Of a DNA stretch of 64,000 nucleotides, positions 1-9,959 are shown one piece after another. A model generated the notes under the pieces. The model did no database searches, was not told the DNA's origin, and worked only from the letters and a program-made list of their open reading frames with translations. Numbering within the stretch: position 1 is the stretch's first letter; each line of letters starts with the position of its first letter. The stretch lies in the NCBI GenBank assembly GCA_965216465.1, contig CBDCFW010000006.1, positions 736,001-800,000 of the forward strand, written 5' to 3'. The position numbers were made by a program, and so were the translations under genes. This stretch comes from Bacteroidia bacterium. GTDB taxonomy: Bacteria > Bacteroidota > Bacteroidia > NS11-12g > UBA9320.

Positions 1-189
1 TTCGGAACGCAATCTAACGCCGATAAAATGGTCAACCAGCTTTCTAACCAAGGCGTCAATGCCGAAGTTCAAGAAATTGGAGGAATGTTTCGCGTAATTG
101 TAGGATCAGGAAACTCGATGGTAGAGGCTAATGCCATAGTAAATGACATGAGCTCTTCTGGAATTCAATCTTTCGTTATGAAGCGTTAA
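1..189 (+). CDS. SPOR-domain protein, C-terminal fragment (partial at window edge)
   Basis: Frame 1 reads FGTQSNADKMVNQLSNQGVNAEVQEIGGMFRVIVGSG...SFVMKR*; the F..xNA....L...G...fRV.vG pattern resembles SPOR. Confidence 0.7.
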   Translation, partial: FGTQSNADKMVNQLSNQGVNAEVQEIGGMFRVIVGSGNSMVEANAIVNDMSSSGIQSFVMKR

Positions 190-1832
190 AACTGGGTAGC
201 CACTGTAAATCGAAGACCACTAAACGCTGGCTCTAATCTACAAATACCCCCTGTACAGTTTACACCCTCTACTTGTTTAACATATGCAGCAGTAAACGAG
301 GTCGTTTTTACATTGTATTTCACAAATACCGTTGGGTAGTGTAACACTTGATCGGCCAATGTTGGATTCACTTTTCGAACTGGTGCAGTGTTAATCATGT
401 CGCTAAGTGCCACAGTGAAATGCGGAGAACTGTTCCATTCCAATATCCCATGGAAGAAGCTTCCAAGATCTTGCTCAGTATTCAAGTACTGGAATTCGAA
501 TCTAAAACTGTTCTTTCTGTTAAGCTTGTATGTCACCTCGCCAAAAGGAGTAAAGGTTTCAACGTTTGGGTAAGCTGTATCCTTTCCTTCATAAATAGGT
601 TGGTTATAGATAACCCCTTGAAGTCCAATTTTTCCTTTCCATTTTCTGTTAATCTTATGCGAAACTTGGAAGAAACGCTCACTGAATAATTGCTCTCCGT
701 CAAGTTTCTTGATGTCAGAGTAATTTGCTTGGAAACTTGTTTTCTTATTTGGCGAATAGATAATCTCTGCTTGGTATGCTTGTTCGCCCAAAAACTGAGC
801 TGGTGCCTGGTACCTTGCTAACATTCTGTAACTTGCTTGACGGGTAAATGAAGGTTGGTAGGTTACAATTCCATTCAATAAAGTCACATAAGGAGAAACT
901 GTTAACGGGAAGTTTTCAACCCTACGGTATTGTGCATTAATTCCTAAGCCTCCTTTTTTTTCTGCACCAAGCTTTCTTTTTGAATAACTGATTCCTCCTA
1001 AAATAATCGAACCGTCACTAAAGAATAGTTCACCAATATTATCACGAATTGCTTCACCAGTTTTGTAGTTATACTCTCCCATAAAGCCAAAGTCTTTCCA
1101 GTTTAAGTCGAAATATGCGTTTACACCATAAACATTATACTTCGGATAGAACTTTTGGCTGTCTGGCAATACATTAATCTCGGTAACCAATTGAGAGAGA
1201 GTAATTTCGTCAAGGGTTCTATTCAACCCTGAAGCTCCAATATTAAGTACCGTTCCGTTCTCAAAGCTGAAACCTTTTTCGGTGTTAATCCCTTTTATGA
1301 TTTGAGGTGAAGTACCAAATCGATTGTCTTGAAAACCTTTTTGTTTTCCCGTAAATGCCTTAACGCTAAACGTAGGACTGATTTGATATTTAGCTCGAAC
1401 ACCTTCCATTGCATAATCAATACCAATTAGTCTATTCTCATAAGCTCTGAACAACATTCCAGACCCAAACTGATCATAAAATGACCCTGCTGTTATTTCT
1501 AAGTCTCCTATACTTTTCTTCACTTGCCAAAAGCCAAGTCCTTGTCCGGTGAATGAAGATGAAGGATTAAGCAGGTTACTGTTGTTAAAAAGGTCATAAC
1601 GTGCCCCAATGTGGAAGCCTTTAATATCGTAGTTCAAAAACAACCATGCTTCAGCTGAACTTATTTGCTTGCCGTATTGAGGCGAAGCAGCATCAGTAGC
1701 TCCAATGAGCGAGTCTTTAAGAAATACTGAATAGTTTGATTGAAAATTTCCACTTAAAACGCCTTTATCTTGAGCTACAACTGAAGTCGAAATAAAGTAC
1801 AAAACAGAGAGAATAAAGATGTTCTTCTTCAT
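186..1832 (-). CDS. DUF6029-family outer membrane beta-barrel protein
   Basis: Signal peptide MKKNIFILS..VVA (ATG at 1832); C-terminal GVNCTGGICRLEPAFSG motif and terminal Phe. Confidence 0.75.
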   Translation of the reverse strand: MKKNIFILSVLYFISTSVVAQDKGVLSGNFQSNYSVFLKDSLIGATDAASPQYGKQISSAEAWLFLNYDIKGFHIGARYDLFNNSNLLNPSSSFTGQGLGFWQVKKSIGDLEITAGSFYDQFGSGMLFRAYENRLIGIDYAMEGVRAKYQISPTFSVKAFTGKQKGFQDNRFGTSPQIIKGINTEKGFSFENGTVLNIGASGLNRTLDEITLSQLVTEINVLPDSQKFYPKYNVYGVNAYFDLNWKDFGFMGEYNYKTGEAIRDNIGELFFSDGSIILGGISYSKRKLGAEKKGGLGINAQYRRVENFPLTVSPYVTLLNGIVTYQPSFTRQASYRMLARYQAPAQFLGEQAYQAEIIYSPNKKTSFQANYSDIKKLDGEQLFSERFFQVSHKINRKWKGKIGLQGVIYNQPIYEGKDTAYPNVETFTPFGEVTYKLNRKNSFRFEFQYLNTEQDLGSFFHGILEWNSSPHFTVALSDMINTAPVRKVNPTLADQVLHYPTVFVKYNVKTTSFTAAYVKQVEGVNCTGGICRLEPAFSGLRFTVATQF

Positions 1833-1892
1833 ATTGAGGCTGTAAAAGTAAATATTTCTGCAATTACACACTATTTTACTTTTTTTTGAAGC

Positions 1893-2699
1893 GTGAATGT
1901 AAAAGAACTGGTACAGGAGATTAGAAAGAAGAAAAGTTTCTTATGTGTTGGATTAGACACCGACATCTCCAAACTTCCGAGCTCCATTTCGAAAGATGCA
2001 AGTGGAATTCTAGAATTTAACAAGCAAATTATTGAAGCCACAAAAGATTACGCTGTTGCGTACAAACTAAACACTGCTTTTTATGAGCAGCTAGGAAGTG
2101 AGGGCTGGAAGATTCTTGAGAAAACCAGAGAAATGTTACCTTCAAATGTATTGTCAATTGCTGATGCAAAGCGTGGAGACATTGGCAATACGAGTACAAT
2201 GTATGCTAAAGCCTTTTTCGAGACCATGGATTTTGATGCTCTAACTGTTGCTCCATACATGGGATTTGATAGTGTAGAACCTTTCTTGAAGTTCGATAAC
2301 AAGATTACGATTGTTTTAGGCCTAACCTCAAATAAAGGAAGCCTTGACTTTCAAACCAATGAACGATACAATCCACCATTGTACAAAACCGTACTTGAAC
2401 GAGTTTCAAGCTGGGGAAGTACTGATAATCTCATGTTTGTTGTTGGTGCAACAAAAGCCACTGCGTTACAAGAGATTCGAAGCATTGTTCCGGACCATTT
2501 CCTTTTAATTCCAGGAGTTGGAGCTCAAGGCGGTAGTGCTGTTGAAGTTTGTGAGAATGGGACAAACAATCATGGCGGTTTATTAATCAATTCATCAAGA
2601 GGTATAATTTATGCATCCCCCAACGAGGATTTTGCTGAAGTTGCAAGAAGAGAAGCTGAAATGCTTGCCTTGCAAACAGCTCCTTTTGCAGGGGAATAA
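1893..2699 (+). CDS. pyrF: Orotidine-5'-phosphate decarboxylase
   Basis: LCVGLD, AYKLNTAFYE, DAKRGDIGNT, PGVGAQGG, NSSRGI motifs. Confidence 0.97.
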   Translation: MNVKELVQEIRKKKSFLCVGLDTDISKLPSSISKDASGILEFNKQIIEATKDYAVAYKLNTAFYEQLGSEGWKILEKTREMLPSNVLSIADAKRGDIGNTSTMYAKAFFETMDFDALTVAPYMGFDSVEPFLKFDNKITIVLGLTSNKGSLDFQTNERYNPPLYKTVLERVSSWGSTDNLMFVVGATKATALQEIRSIVPDHFLLIPGVGAQGGSAVEVCENGTNNHGGLLINSSRGIIYASPNEDFAEVARREAEMLALQTAPFAGE

Positions 2700-3982
2700 T
2701 GAAGTTTAGATATAACGAAGACCTCCTACAATTTATATGGAAGTATCAATTATTTGATCATCAAAAACTAGAAACCACAGATGGAGAACCCCTTCTGGTG
2801 TTCAAACCTGGGATACTAAATTTTAACAGTGGACCAGATTTCGAGTTTGCCGAAATTAAAATTGGCAAAACCATTTTTCATGGCTCAATCGAAATTCATC
2901 TTAAAGACTCTCAATGGTATGCCCATAATCACCAAAACGACCCGCAATATGAAAACGTGATTTTGCATGTTTGTTTGAGCGCAAAAACCAAAGTACTGAG
3001 GTTCGATAAAACCCCAATTCCGACTTTAGTTCTCAAAAGTCGCATCAACCTTCAAGCCGTCTCCAGATATCAAAATATGATGGCTAACCAAACCTTTATT
3101 CCATGCGAAAATCAAATTAACAGCATAAAAGATTTTGACGTTCGCAACTATATGGATCGTCTTGTTGCTGAACGCCTTGAATCAAAATGTGCATTGTTTA
3201 GAGCTTATCTGAAAAGTGCCAAGGGCAACTGGAATGATGTAAAATATTTCGCCTTAGTTTCCGCGTTCGGAATGCCCATTAACACCTTAGCTTTTGAAGA
3301 ATTGGCCATGAAACTTCCGTATCAAATTGTGCTACGTTGCAACTCCCAATTTCAAGTCGAAGCCCTTTTGTTTGGAATGTGTAATCTTCTAAAAAATAAT
3401 GTAGATGAGTACCAAACCTCATTAAACCAAGAGTTTAGTTTCTTGAGCACAAAGTACAATATCAGATCGATAGATTCCGCAATTAAAATGGGCCGAATGA
3501 GACCCAATAACTTACCAACCATTCGCCTTGCTCAATTGGCAGCTTTACTTTATCAATTGCCTCAAGTAGTGTATGCAACAAACGAAGTGTTGACCACTCA
3601 ATTAATTAAGCTACTTGGTTCTGTCACTCCTTCAACATACTGGTTAACCCATTATTCGCTTGGCAAAACCTCTAAAGCAAAACCTAAAAACCTATCTCCT
3701 CAATTTGTTAATCACTTAATCATAAACGTGTTTATTGCCTTCACTTTCTTTTATGATCAACATCATTCCGAAAATTCGGGTAATCGTGTTTATGCACAAT
3801 TGGTTTCTATGCCTCCAGAAGATAATTCGATTGTACGCAAGTGGAAATCGATAGGAGTTTGCTGTGAAACTGCATTAGAATCTCAAGCTTTGCTACATTT
3901 GTACAAGACTAAGTGCAATAAAAAGCTTTGCTTGCAATGCAATATTGGTCACAAACTTCTGTTAAATAAAGAAGATGGATAG
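2699..3982 (+). CDS. DUF2851 family protein
   Basis: EDLLQFIW, GPDF, GSIEIH..W.AH.H..DP.Y.NVILHV, RPNNLPTIRLAQLA, C-terminal C..K.CL.C.IG. Confidence 0.9.
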   Translation: MKFRYNEDLLQFIWKYQLFDHQKLETTDGEPLLVFKPGILNFNSGPDFEFAEIKIGKTIFHGSIEIHLKDSQWYAHNHQNDPQYENVILHVCLSAKTKVLRFDKTPIPTLVLKSRINLQAVSRYQNMMANQTFIPCENQINSIKDFDVRNYMDRLVAERLESKCALFRAYLKSAKGNWNDVKYFALVSAFGMPINTLAFEELAMKLPYQIVLRCNSQFQVEALLFGMCNLLKNNVDEYQTSLNQEFSFLSTKYNIRSIDSAIKMGRMRPNNLPTIRLAQLAALLYQLPQVVYATNEVLTTQLIKLLGSVTPSTYWLTHYSLGKTSKAKPKNLSPQFVNHLIINVFIAFTFFYDQHHSENSGNRVYAQLVSMPPEDNSIVRKWKSIGVCCETALESQALLHLYKTKCNKKLCLQCNIGHKLLLNKEDG

Positions 3983-4193
3983 ATTAAAGAATTTCATAGA
4001 ACAGCGAGCTTTTGGTGTTTGCACCTATTTAGGCGAGAAATTTAGCATCAGTTCTAATCGAATTCGACTCTACTTCATCTATGCCTCATTCTTCACCTTG
4101 GGCAGTCCTATCATTATCTACTTTATTTTAGCTTTCTGGTTGAATATCAGGAGTTACATTGTTGAGCGTAACCGATCTGTTTGGGATTTATAG
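3975..4193 (+). CDS. PspC-domain small membrane protein
   Basis: FGVC.YLG......RIRLYFIY..F.T.GSPIIIY, Bacteroidota PspC-like. Confidence 0.85.
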   Translation: MDRLKNFIEQRAFGVCTYLGEKFSISSNRIRLYFIYASFFTLGSPIIIYFILAFWLNIRSYIVERNRSVWDL

Positions 4194-4267
4194 GCTGTAC
4201 TCTTTTCTGTTCACTGCCATTATTTAACGTTAATAAACGTTAAACACTCTTGCTCTACATTTGAACT

Positions 4268-4723
4268 ATGCAACAACAAATGGCGTTATTCAGAACCACA
4301 AAAGGGTTCCAACAAAATCACAAAACAACCGCATTAAAATGTCAAAACTGCGGATCAGATTTTTTAGCAAATAGAAGAACTGCAAAGTTCTGTAGCAGCT
4401 CATGCAGAAGTCAATTCTGGATGCTAAAGAACCAAAAGAAGGTTATCACTATTGCAGTACCTTTAGACATCGATGATGCTTATCTTGAAAAAATCAAAAA
4501 CATGTTGGTTAACTACAAATCAACTACTGATGCTCAAGTAAGTACAACGTTACACACTTACCACGAGGAAGTATTTGCTACTGAGAAAGATTTAAGATTC
4601 TTTATGGCCCAAGCAGGATTCTCAGACTACAAGGTACCTAAGCATGATATGGGTATTTACTACGATGAAGGCCTAACCATCAAGAAACAAGAAGACGGAT
4701 GGAAGGTTAAAATCGCGAGCTAA
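4268..4723 (+). CDS. Hypothetical protein with N-terminal CxxC-x14-CxxxC zinc finger
   Basis: CQNCGSDFLANRRTAKFCSSSCR; TACATTTG promoter 4 nt before the ATG. Confidence 0.7.
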   Translation: MQQQMALFRTTKGFQQNHKTTALKCQNCGSDFLANRRTAKFCSSSCRSQFWMLKNQKKVITIAVPLDIDDAYLEKIKNMLVNYKSTTDAQVSTTLHTYHEEVFATEKDLRFFMAQAGFSDYKVPKHDMGIYYDEGLTIKKQEDGWKVKIAS

Positions 4724-5806
4724 TTATTCGTATACCAAATCGACATCGTCAGATAATGGGTGTGCTTGACAAGTAAGCACATATCCTAGGTCGATTTCGG
4801 CATCGCTTAATCCTTCGCGTTCATCCATGCTGGCTCTTCCTGTACGAAGTCTTGCTCTACAAGTAGTGCAAACTCCGACTGTACAACTATAAGGAGGATC
4901 TAGTCCTGCATCTTGAGCTGCAATTAAAATCGTTTCTTCAGGTTTAACTGTAACCTCTTTTTGGGTTCCAAATACCTCGACTTTAATGGTGCGCTCTTTT
5001 AACTCTTCATCTTCACCGCCTGCATCCTGATCACTTGTTGTTGTATCTTCAGATTTAATTGCTGCAGTGAAGTATTCTACTGATATATTTTCGTCACGAA
5101 CGCCAGTGGCTTTAAGTCCATCTTCAACAACTTTCATCATGGCACTCGGACCACATGTAAAGTATTTTGCAGTTGGATAGCTTAAGCCTAATTCGTTTCT
5201 GATAATTTCTGAAACTCTACCTTCTGATAAAAAGCCTACATAGCCGTTCCAATCAGCTGGTGGGTTATCTAGACTATAGAATACCTTAAAGTTATCGTTA
5301 GCAGCTTCTAAAGCAGCTAATTCATCCTTAAAAATAATGCTATCAGCATCGGTATTGGCATAAAACAGGTAACACTTACTGTTTGGCTCAGTTATCAATG
5401 CCGTTTTGATGATACTGATAAGAGGCGTTATACCACTTCCTCCACCAAAAAGAAAATAATTGTTAGCAGCAGACGCATTGGGTTCAATTATAAATTTCCC
5501 CATTGGAGGCATTACATCGATAATGTCACCTTCCTTCAATTGAGTATTTAAGTAAGTACTCATTCTTCCATTCTCTACTTGCTTAACAGCAATTGTAGGG
5601 TTAGGATTTGTAACTGGAGATGAACAAACAGAATATGATCTTCTTACTTCTTCTCCGTTAATTACAATTGCAAAGGTGAGGTACTGACCTGCTTTGTATT
5701 GATACTGGGAACTTAAATGTGGAGGAATATCAAATGTGATACTTACCGCATCTTTAGTTTCTCGGTTAATCTTAGCAACTCTTAGTGAGTGAAATCCTGC
5801 TGGCAT
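4724..5806 (-). CDS. PaaE-like ferredoxin-NAD(P) reductase (FAD/NAD-binding domains plus C-terminal 2Fe-2S)
   Basis: AGQYL, RRSYS, GGGSGITP, CGP, PYSC..GVCTTC...VLTCQ motifs. Confidence 0.9.
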   Translation of the reverse strand: MPAGFHSLRVAKINRETKDAVSITFDIPPHLSSQYQYKAGQYLTFAIVINGEEVRRSYSVCSSPVTNPNPTIAVKQVENGRMSTYLNTQLKEGDIIDVMPPMGKFIIEPNASAANNYFLFGGGSGITPLISIIKTALITEPNSKCYLFYANTDADSIIFKDELAALEAANDNFKVFYSLDNPPADWNGYVGFLSEGRVSEIIRNELGLSYPTAKYFTCGPSAMMKVVEDGLKATGVRDENISVEYFTAAIKSEDTTTSDQDAGGEDEELKERTIKVEVFGTQKEVTVKPEETILIAAQDAGLDPPYSCTVGVCTTCRARLRTGRASMDEREGLSDAEIDLGYVLTCQAHPLSDDVDLVYE

Positions 5807-5808
5807 AT

Positions 5809-6789
5809 TTATTTGATTAGTTTTTCTAGTATTTCAACGGCGTTTGTAGCAGCTCCTTTTCTTAAGTTATCGGCTACAATCCACATGTTTAATGTGTTTG
5901 CTTGTGACTCGTCACGACGAATTCTTCCAACCATTACTTCGTCTTTGTTCATGGCATGAATTGGCATTGGATATTGAAAGTTATCGATGTCATCTACAAC
6001 TTTTACTCCTTCTATTTCAGAAAGCAATGTTCTTACCTCGTTTACATCAAAGTCATTGTCAAACTCGATATTCACCGATTCAGAGTGACCTCCTACAACT
6101 GGAACTCTTACTGCCGTTGCGGTAATCGCAATACTTGGAGCATTTAGAATTTTACGTGTCTCATGAACTAGCTTCATCTCTTCTTTGGTGTATCCATTGT
6201 CCATGAAAATATCGCAATGTGGAATACAGTTTTTATCGATCGGATACTCGTAAACCATATTGTCTGACTTGCCATATGAGCGTTCATTTTCCATTTGCTC
6301 TACAGCGGCTTTACCCGTTCCGCTAACTGATTGGTAGGTGGAAATCACCAATCGTTTGATGCCGTACTTAGCATGAAGAGGAGCCAATGCCATAACCATT
6401 TGTATGGTTGAGCAATTTGGATTTGCAATGATATTCTTTCCCTCTGTGATAGAGCTCTGGTTGATCTGTGGAACAACTAAAGGACAATCTTCATTCATTC
6501 TCCAAGCTGAAGAATTATCAATTACACGTACCCCATTCTTTGCAAATTTTGGGGCCCATTCGGTCGATACACCTCCCCCGGCTGAGAATAACGCGTAATC
6601 AAGAGGCAATTCAAGTACTTCTTCTAATGTTGTAGTTTTATACTCCTTGCCCATATAAAATATTGGGCTTCCCTTTGATGCCTTACTGGCTACAGGGTAA
6701 AGGTTTTCAACTTCGATGTTTCTTTCTTCCAATACTTGCAACATGGTTCTCCCCACCATTCCTGTTGCTCCCACTATGGCTAAATTCAT
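5809..6789 (-). CDS. asd: Aspartate-semialdehyde dehydrogenase
   Basis: VGATGMVG, DNSSAWRM, ANPNCSTIQ, RVPV..GHSE, DNLRKGAA. Confidence 0.97.
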   Translation of the reverse strand: MNLAIVGATGMVGRTMLQVLEERNIEVENLYPVASKASKGSPIFYMGKEYKTTTLEEVLELPLDYALFSAGGGVSTEWAPKFAKNGVRVIDNSSAWRMNEDCPLVVPQINQSSITEGKNIIANPNCSTIQMVMALAPLHAKYGIKRLVISTYQSVSGTGKAAVEQMENERSYGKSDNMVYEYPIDKNCIPHCDIFMDNGYTKEEMKLVHETRKILNAPSIAITATAVRVPVVGGHSESVNIEFDNDFDVNEVRTLLSEIEGVKVVDDIDNFQYPMPIHAMNKDEVMVGRIRRDESQANTLNMWIVADNLRKGAATNAVEILEKLIK

Positions 6790-7634
6790 ATGGTTTCGGG
6801 TACTTTAGATTCTAAGTTAAGCGAACGATTGCTCAACTCGGCTTGTTTTTTAAGATCGGCTATTATTTCTTTTAATTGTTCAAGATAAATTGACTGAAAA
6901 CCGTCAGATAATGCAGTTTCAGGCTGGTTGTGTACTTCGATCATCAATCCGTCGGCACCTGCAGCTATAGCCGCTAAAGACAATGGGCGAACCAAGCTTC
7001 TTTTTCCGGTTCCTTGGCTTGGATCGGCAATTACAGGCAAGTGGCTCAGCTCTTTTGCCAATGGAATTGCAGCAATATCCATGGTATTGCGAACAGAGGT
7101 GTCAAATGTTCGAATTCCTCTTTCGCAGAGAATAACATTCTCATTTCCGCCTAAAAGTACATATTCTGCGGCCAATAACCACTCATTTATAGTTGAAGAC
7201 ATGCCTCTTTTAAGCATAATTGGCTTGTCTATTTTTCCCAGTTCTTTGAGAAACTGGTAATTTTTCATATTTCGGGAGCCAACCTGAAGCACATCCGCAT
7301 AAGGATAGACCTCCTCGATAAGTGAAGTATCTAAAACTTCTGTAACAATCTTTAGGTTGTATTTAACCGACACCTTCCTTAATATTTCAAGGCCTTGTTT
7401 CTTTAGCCCTTGAAATGCATACGGTGAGGTTCTTGGCTTATATGCTCCACCACGAATGAATTTGATACCCAAGCTAGAAATAACACGAGCAATCTCATCC
7501 ATTTGTTCTTCTGATTCAACGGCACATGGACCTGCGATTAAAGCAAGCTCTTTACCCCCAATCAATTCCTCTCCTACTGAGATAATGGAATTCTCTTTTT
7601 TATGATGTCTAGAGACTAATTTAATATCAGACAT
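6786..7634 (-). CDS. aroF: 3-deoxy-7-phosphoheptulonate (DAHP) synthase, type I-beta
   Basis: IAGPCAVES, RGGAYKPRTSPYAFQG, CERGIRTF; ATG at 7634 follows a TTAATTTG box. Confidence 0.92.
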   Translation of the reverse strand: MSDIKLVSRHHKKENSIISVGEELIGGKELALIAGPCAVESEEQMDEIARVISSLGIKFIRGGAYKPRTSPYAFQGLKKQGLEILRKVSVKYNLKIVTEVLDTSLIEEVYPYADVLQVGSRNMKNYQFLKELGKIDKPIMLKRGMSSTINEWLLAAEYVLLGGNENVILCERGIRTFDTSVRNTMDIAAIPLAKELSHLPVIADPSQGTGKRSLVRPLSLAAIAAGADGLMIEVHNQPETALSDGFQSIYLEQLKEIIADLKKQAELSNRSLNLESKVPETI

Positions 7635-7659
7635 TTGCTGCAAATTAAACAGATACTTC

Positions 7660-9042
7660 TTAATTCAGTTTGGTATAGGTCACAGAAACTTTAATTCCTT
7701 CGTTAGATGGGTCGGTATCAAGCACTGCTCTTGATGGCGTAATTGGGAAATCTGAAGGTATCGCCAGATAAAATCCATCGAAATGATTAACCCCTGTATT
7801 GATATATTCTTCAATTAAACCTTGGAGGTGTCGGTTGAAGTGAAAATCATACGATTTATCTTCAATATCATAGGTGCCTCCGTAGTTTGTATGTCCAAAC
7901 CATCCTGAAGGAGGTAGAATGTCGTCGATGTAGTCAATAATAGCTGAATTCAATCCATCAGTACCTGGTTTAAATAATATTAAACGAGCAGGTGCAGGGT
8001 AGTTTTCTTCAACCGTAGCTTTATCAACGTTTACTTTTAATACCGCCTCGTTAATTACAATCTTTTCGCCACGCTCGATCAGTGTATCCAACGCAGGAAT
8101 ATCAATTCTAATTTTCGAAGCTCCCAACGATTGGATATAGGTCGTGTTGAAATGGCCACTTCCTTGTTTCTGTGCAGTTATATTAACACTTTGATCGTCG
8201 TAGTTGTAAAAGTTTATCCGCTCAGACGCAGGCCCCAAAGGTATCTCTCGAGACAATGTGTCTGCGTAGTGAATTATTAATCTTGATTGTGTGCTTGCAG
8301 CTTCAATCCCAACAAAAGCACCTTCACCCATGTTCAGCGCTGAAGCATTGGGTACAATCACTAAACCATTTAGATATTCTAACCATTGCTCTGCGGATGA
8401 AAATACAAGTCCTGATTTGTCAATAATGTCTTGGCCGAAATTATTGGTTAACTTGATTTCCAGATGAGGAGCTAGCATCGTGCTATCACCATCGGTAACT
8501 TGAAGCACACTATCAAAAAACTCAAACTTCCCAGAAAAAGTTCCTACTAATTCTCCTAGGCTAGGCTCGAAGTCAGAGTAATATTTGTCTTCTGGTGCGA
8601 GTTCATCGAGCAAGCGATAAACATTAAGTTCAATATCGGTATTCAAATCACCGTACTTAATAACATGCTCAACTCCACCAATTATTTGAGCTTTATCGTA
8701 TTTCAGTCTTAAGATAACTGAGTCAACGATTTCTCCCGATAAGTCATCACCCGCCTCACTAAGTAAAGGTTGTACAATCAAACCAGCAGATGTGGTGCCG
8801 AAGATTGGATCGTTAATGGCTCCTAATATATTCGTGTTTAATGTATCGGTTCTAAGCGAATCTTCATGAATGCTTCGAACGCTGATATCGAGAAACGTTT
8901 CGGTAATTGAGTTTGAGTTCCCAGCGTTGGGAATAAAACCAATTCCGATGTTAGATGCTTCCTTTTTACAGGCCGAAAATGCAAGCAAAAAGAAAAGGGG
9001 TATTAACCCCTTGATTCTTGTATTGATTAAATTTTTGATCAC
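7660..9042 (-). CDS. DUF4270-family lipoprotein
   Basis: Lipobox FSAC, LGAINDPIFGTTSA, VDSVILRL, C-terminal VTYTK; position next to the glgA-like gene. Confidence 0.8.
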   Translation of the reverse strand: MIKNLINTRIKGLIPLFFLLAFSACKKEASNIGIGFIPNAGNSNSITETFLDISVRSIHEDSLRTDTLNTNILGAINDPIFGTTSAGLIVQPLLSEAGDDLSGEIVDSVILRLKYDKAQIIGGVEHVIKYGDLNTDIELNVYRLLDELAPEDKYYSDFEPSLGELVGTFSGKFEFFDSVLQVTDGDSTMLAPHLEIKLTNNFGQDIIDKSGLVFSSAEQWLEYLNGLVIVPNASALNMGEGAFVGIEAASTQSRLIIHYADTLSREIPLGPASERINFYNYDDQSVNITAQKQGSGHFNTTYIQSLGASKIRIDIPALDTLIERGEKIVINEAVLKVNVDKATVEENYPAPARLILFKPGTDGLNSAIIDYIDDILPPSGWFGHTNYGGTYDIEDKSYDFHFNRHLQGLIEEYINTGVNHFDGFYLAIPSDFPITPSRAVLDTDPSNEGIKVSVTYTKLN

Positions 9043-9043
9043 T

Positions 9044-9865
9044 TTAATTTCCTGATAACAATGAATTGTAAAAATTCAAATAATTGTCAGCAAGTTCGTC
9101 GTTCGAGTGATTTAAAATTGGTTTTTCTACGTTGCTTAATTCCTGTTCAATATCAGGATTAATGTCTTCGCATTTTACCACAGCATCAGCGTGTGTAATT
9201 CCGCCCATATGAAGGCTTGTACAATCGGCTTTTGCAAATGGCTCCAACTCTTCATCTTCGATGTAGTTCAAACCTGCTTTTCTCATAAAGTCTGTTCCTA
9301 GATCTTCGTTGAAATCGTTCTCGTAAACCGAGTATACGATTTTAGCATTTGAAAATACCGGCTCATCTTTATATAAAGTTTTTAGGTAAAGTGGAATTAA
9401 ACTGGTCATCCAACCTTGACAGTGAATGATGTCTGGGTACCAACCCAGTTTCTTCACAGTTTCTAATGCTCCTTTGCAGAAGAAGATTGTTCTTTCGTCA
9501 TTGTCTTCAAAGAACTTGTCATCTTCATCGTTGTAAACAAATTTTCTGTGGAAGAAATCTTCGTTGTCTAGGAAGTAAACTTGCATCTTCGTGTTAGGAA
9601 TAGATGCTACTTTTATGGTTAATGGGTTGTCGTTGTCGTCGATGGTAATGTTCATACCAGATAAACGAACAACTTCATGTAGTCGGTTTCGACGTTCGTT
9701 GATTACACCAAATCGTGGAACCAGGATTCGAACTTCGTTGTCTTTTTCTTGAATTTTTTGTGGTAGGTAACGGGCAATTTCAGCTAATGGAGTGTCTCCG
9801 TCTAAAAATGGTCTCATTTCTGAGGAGATAAAAAGGATTTTTTTTCTTTCTTGTGTATTATCCAT
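9044..9865 (-). CDS. Glycogen/starch synthase catalytic-domain protein (short Bacteroidota form)
   Basis: KILFISSEM.PF, PRFG.INERR..LHEV.RLSG, PDIIHCQGW. Confidence 0.88.
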   Translation of the reverse strand: MDNTQERKKILFISSEMRPFLDGDTPLAEIARYLPQKIQEKDNEVRILVPRFGVINERRNRLHEVVRLSGMNITIDDNDNPLTIKVASIPNTKMQVYFLDNEDFFHRKFVYNDEDDKFFEDNDERTIFFCKGALETVKKLGWYPDIIHCQGWMTSLIPLYLKTLYKDEPVFSNAKIVYSVYENDFNEDLGTDFMRKAGLNYIEDEELEPFAKADCTSLHMGGITHADAVVKCEDINPDIEQELSNVEKPILNHSNDELADNYLNFYNSLLSGN

Positions 9866-9959
9866 AGAACGTTTAAAAATTATACAAGTGCAAAGATACT
9901 ACCATATTACGTGATATTTGTACAACGTAACTATTGTATTTAAAGTATTTTTTTTGTAT

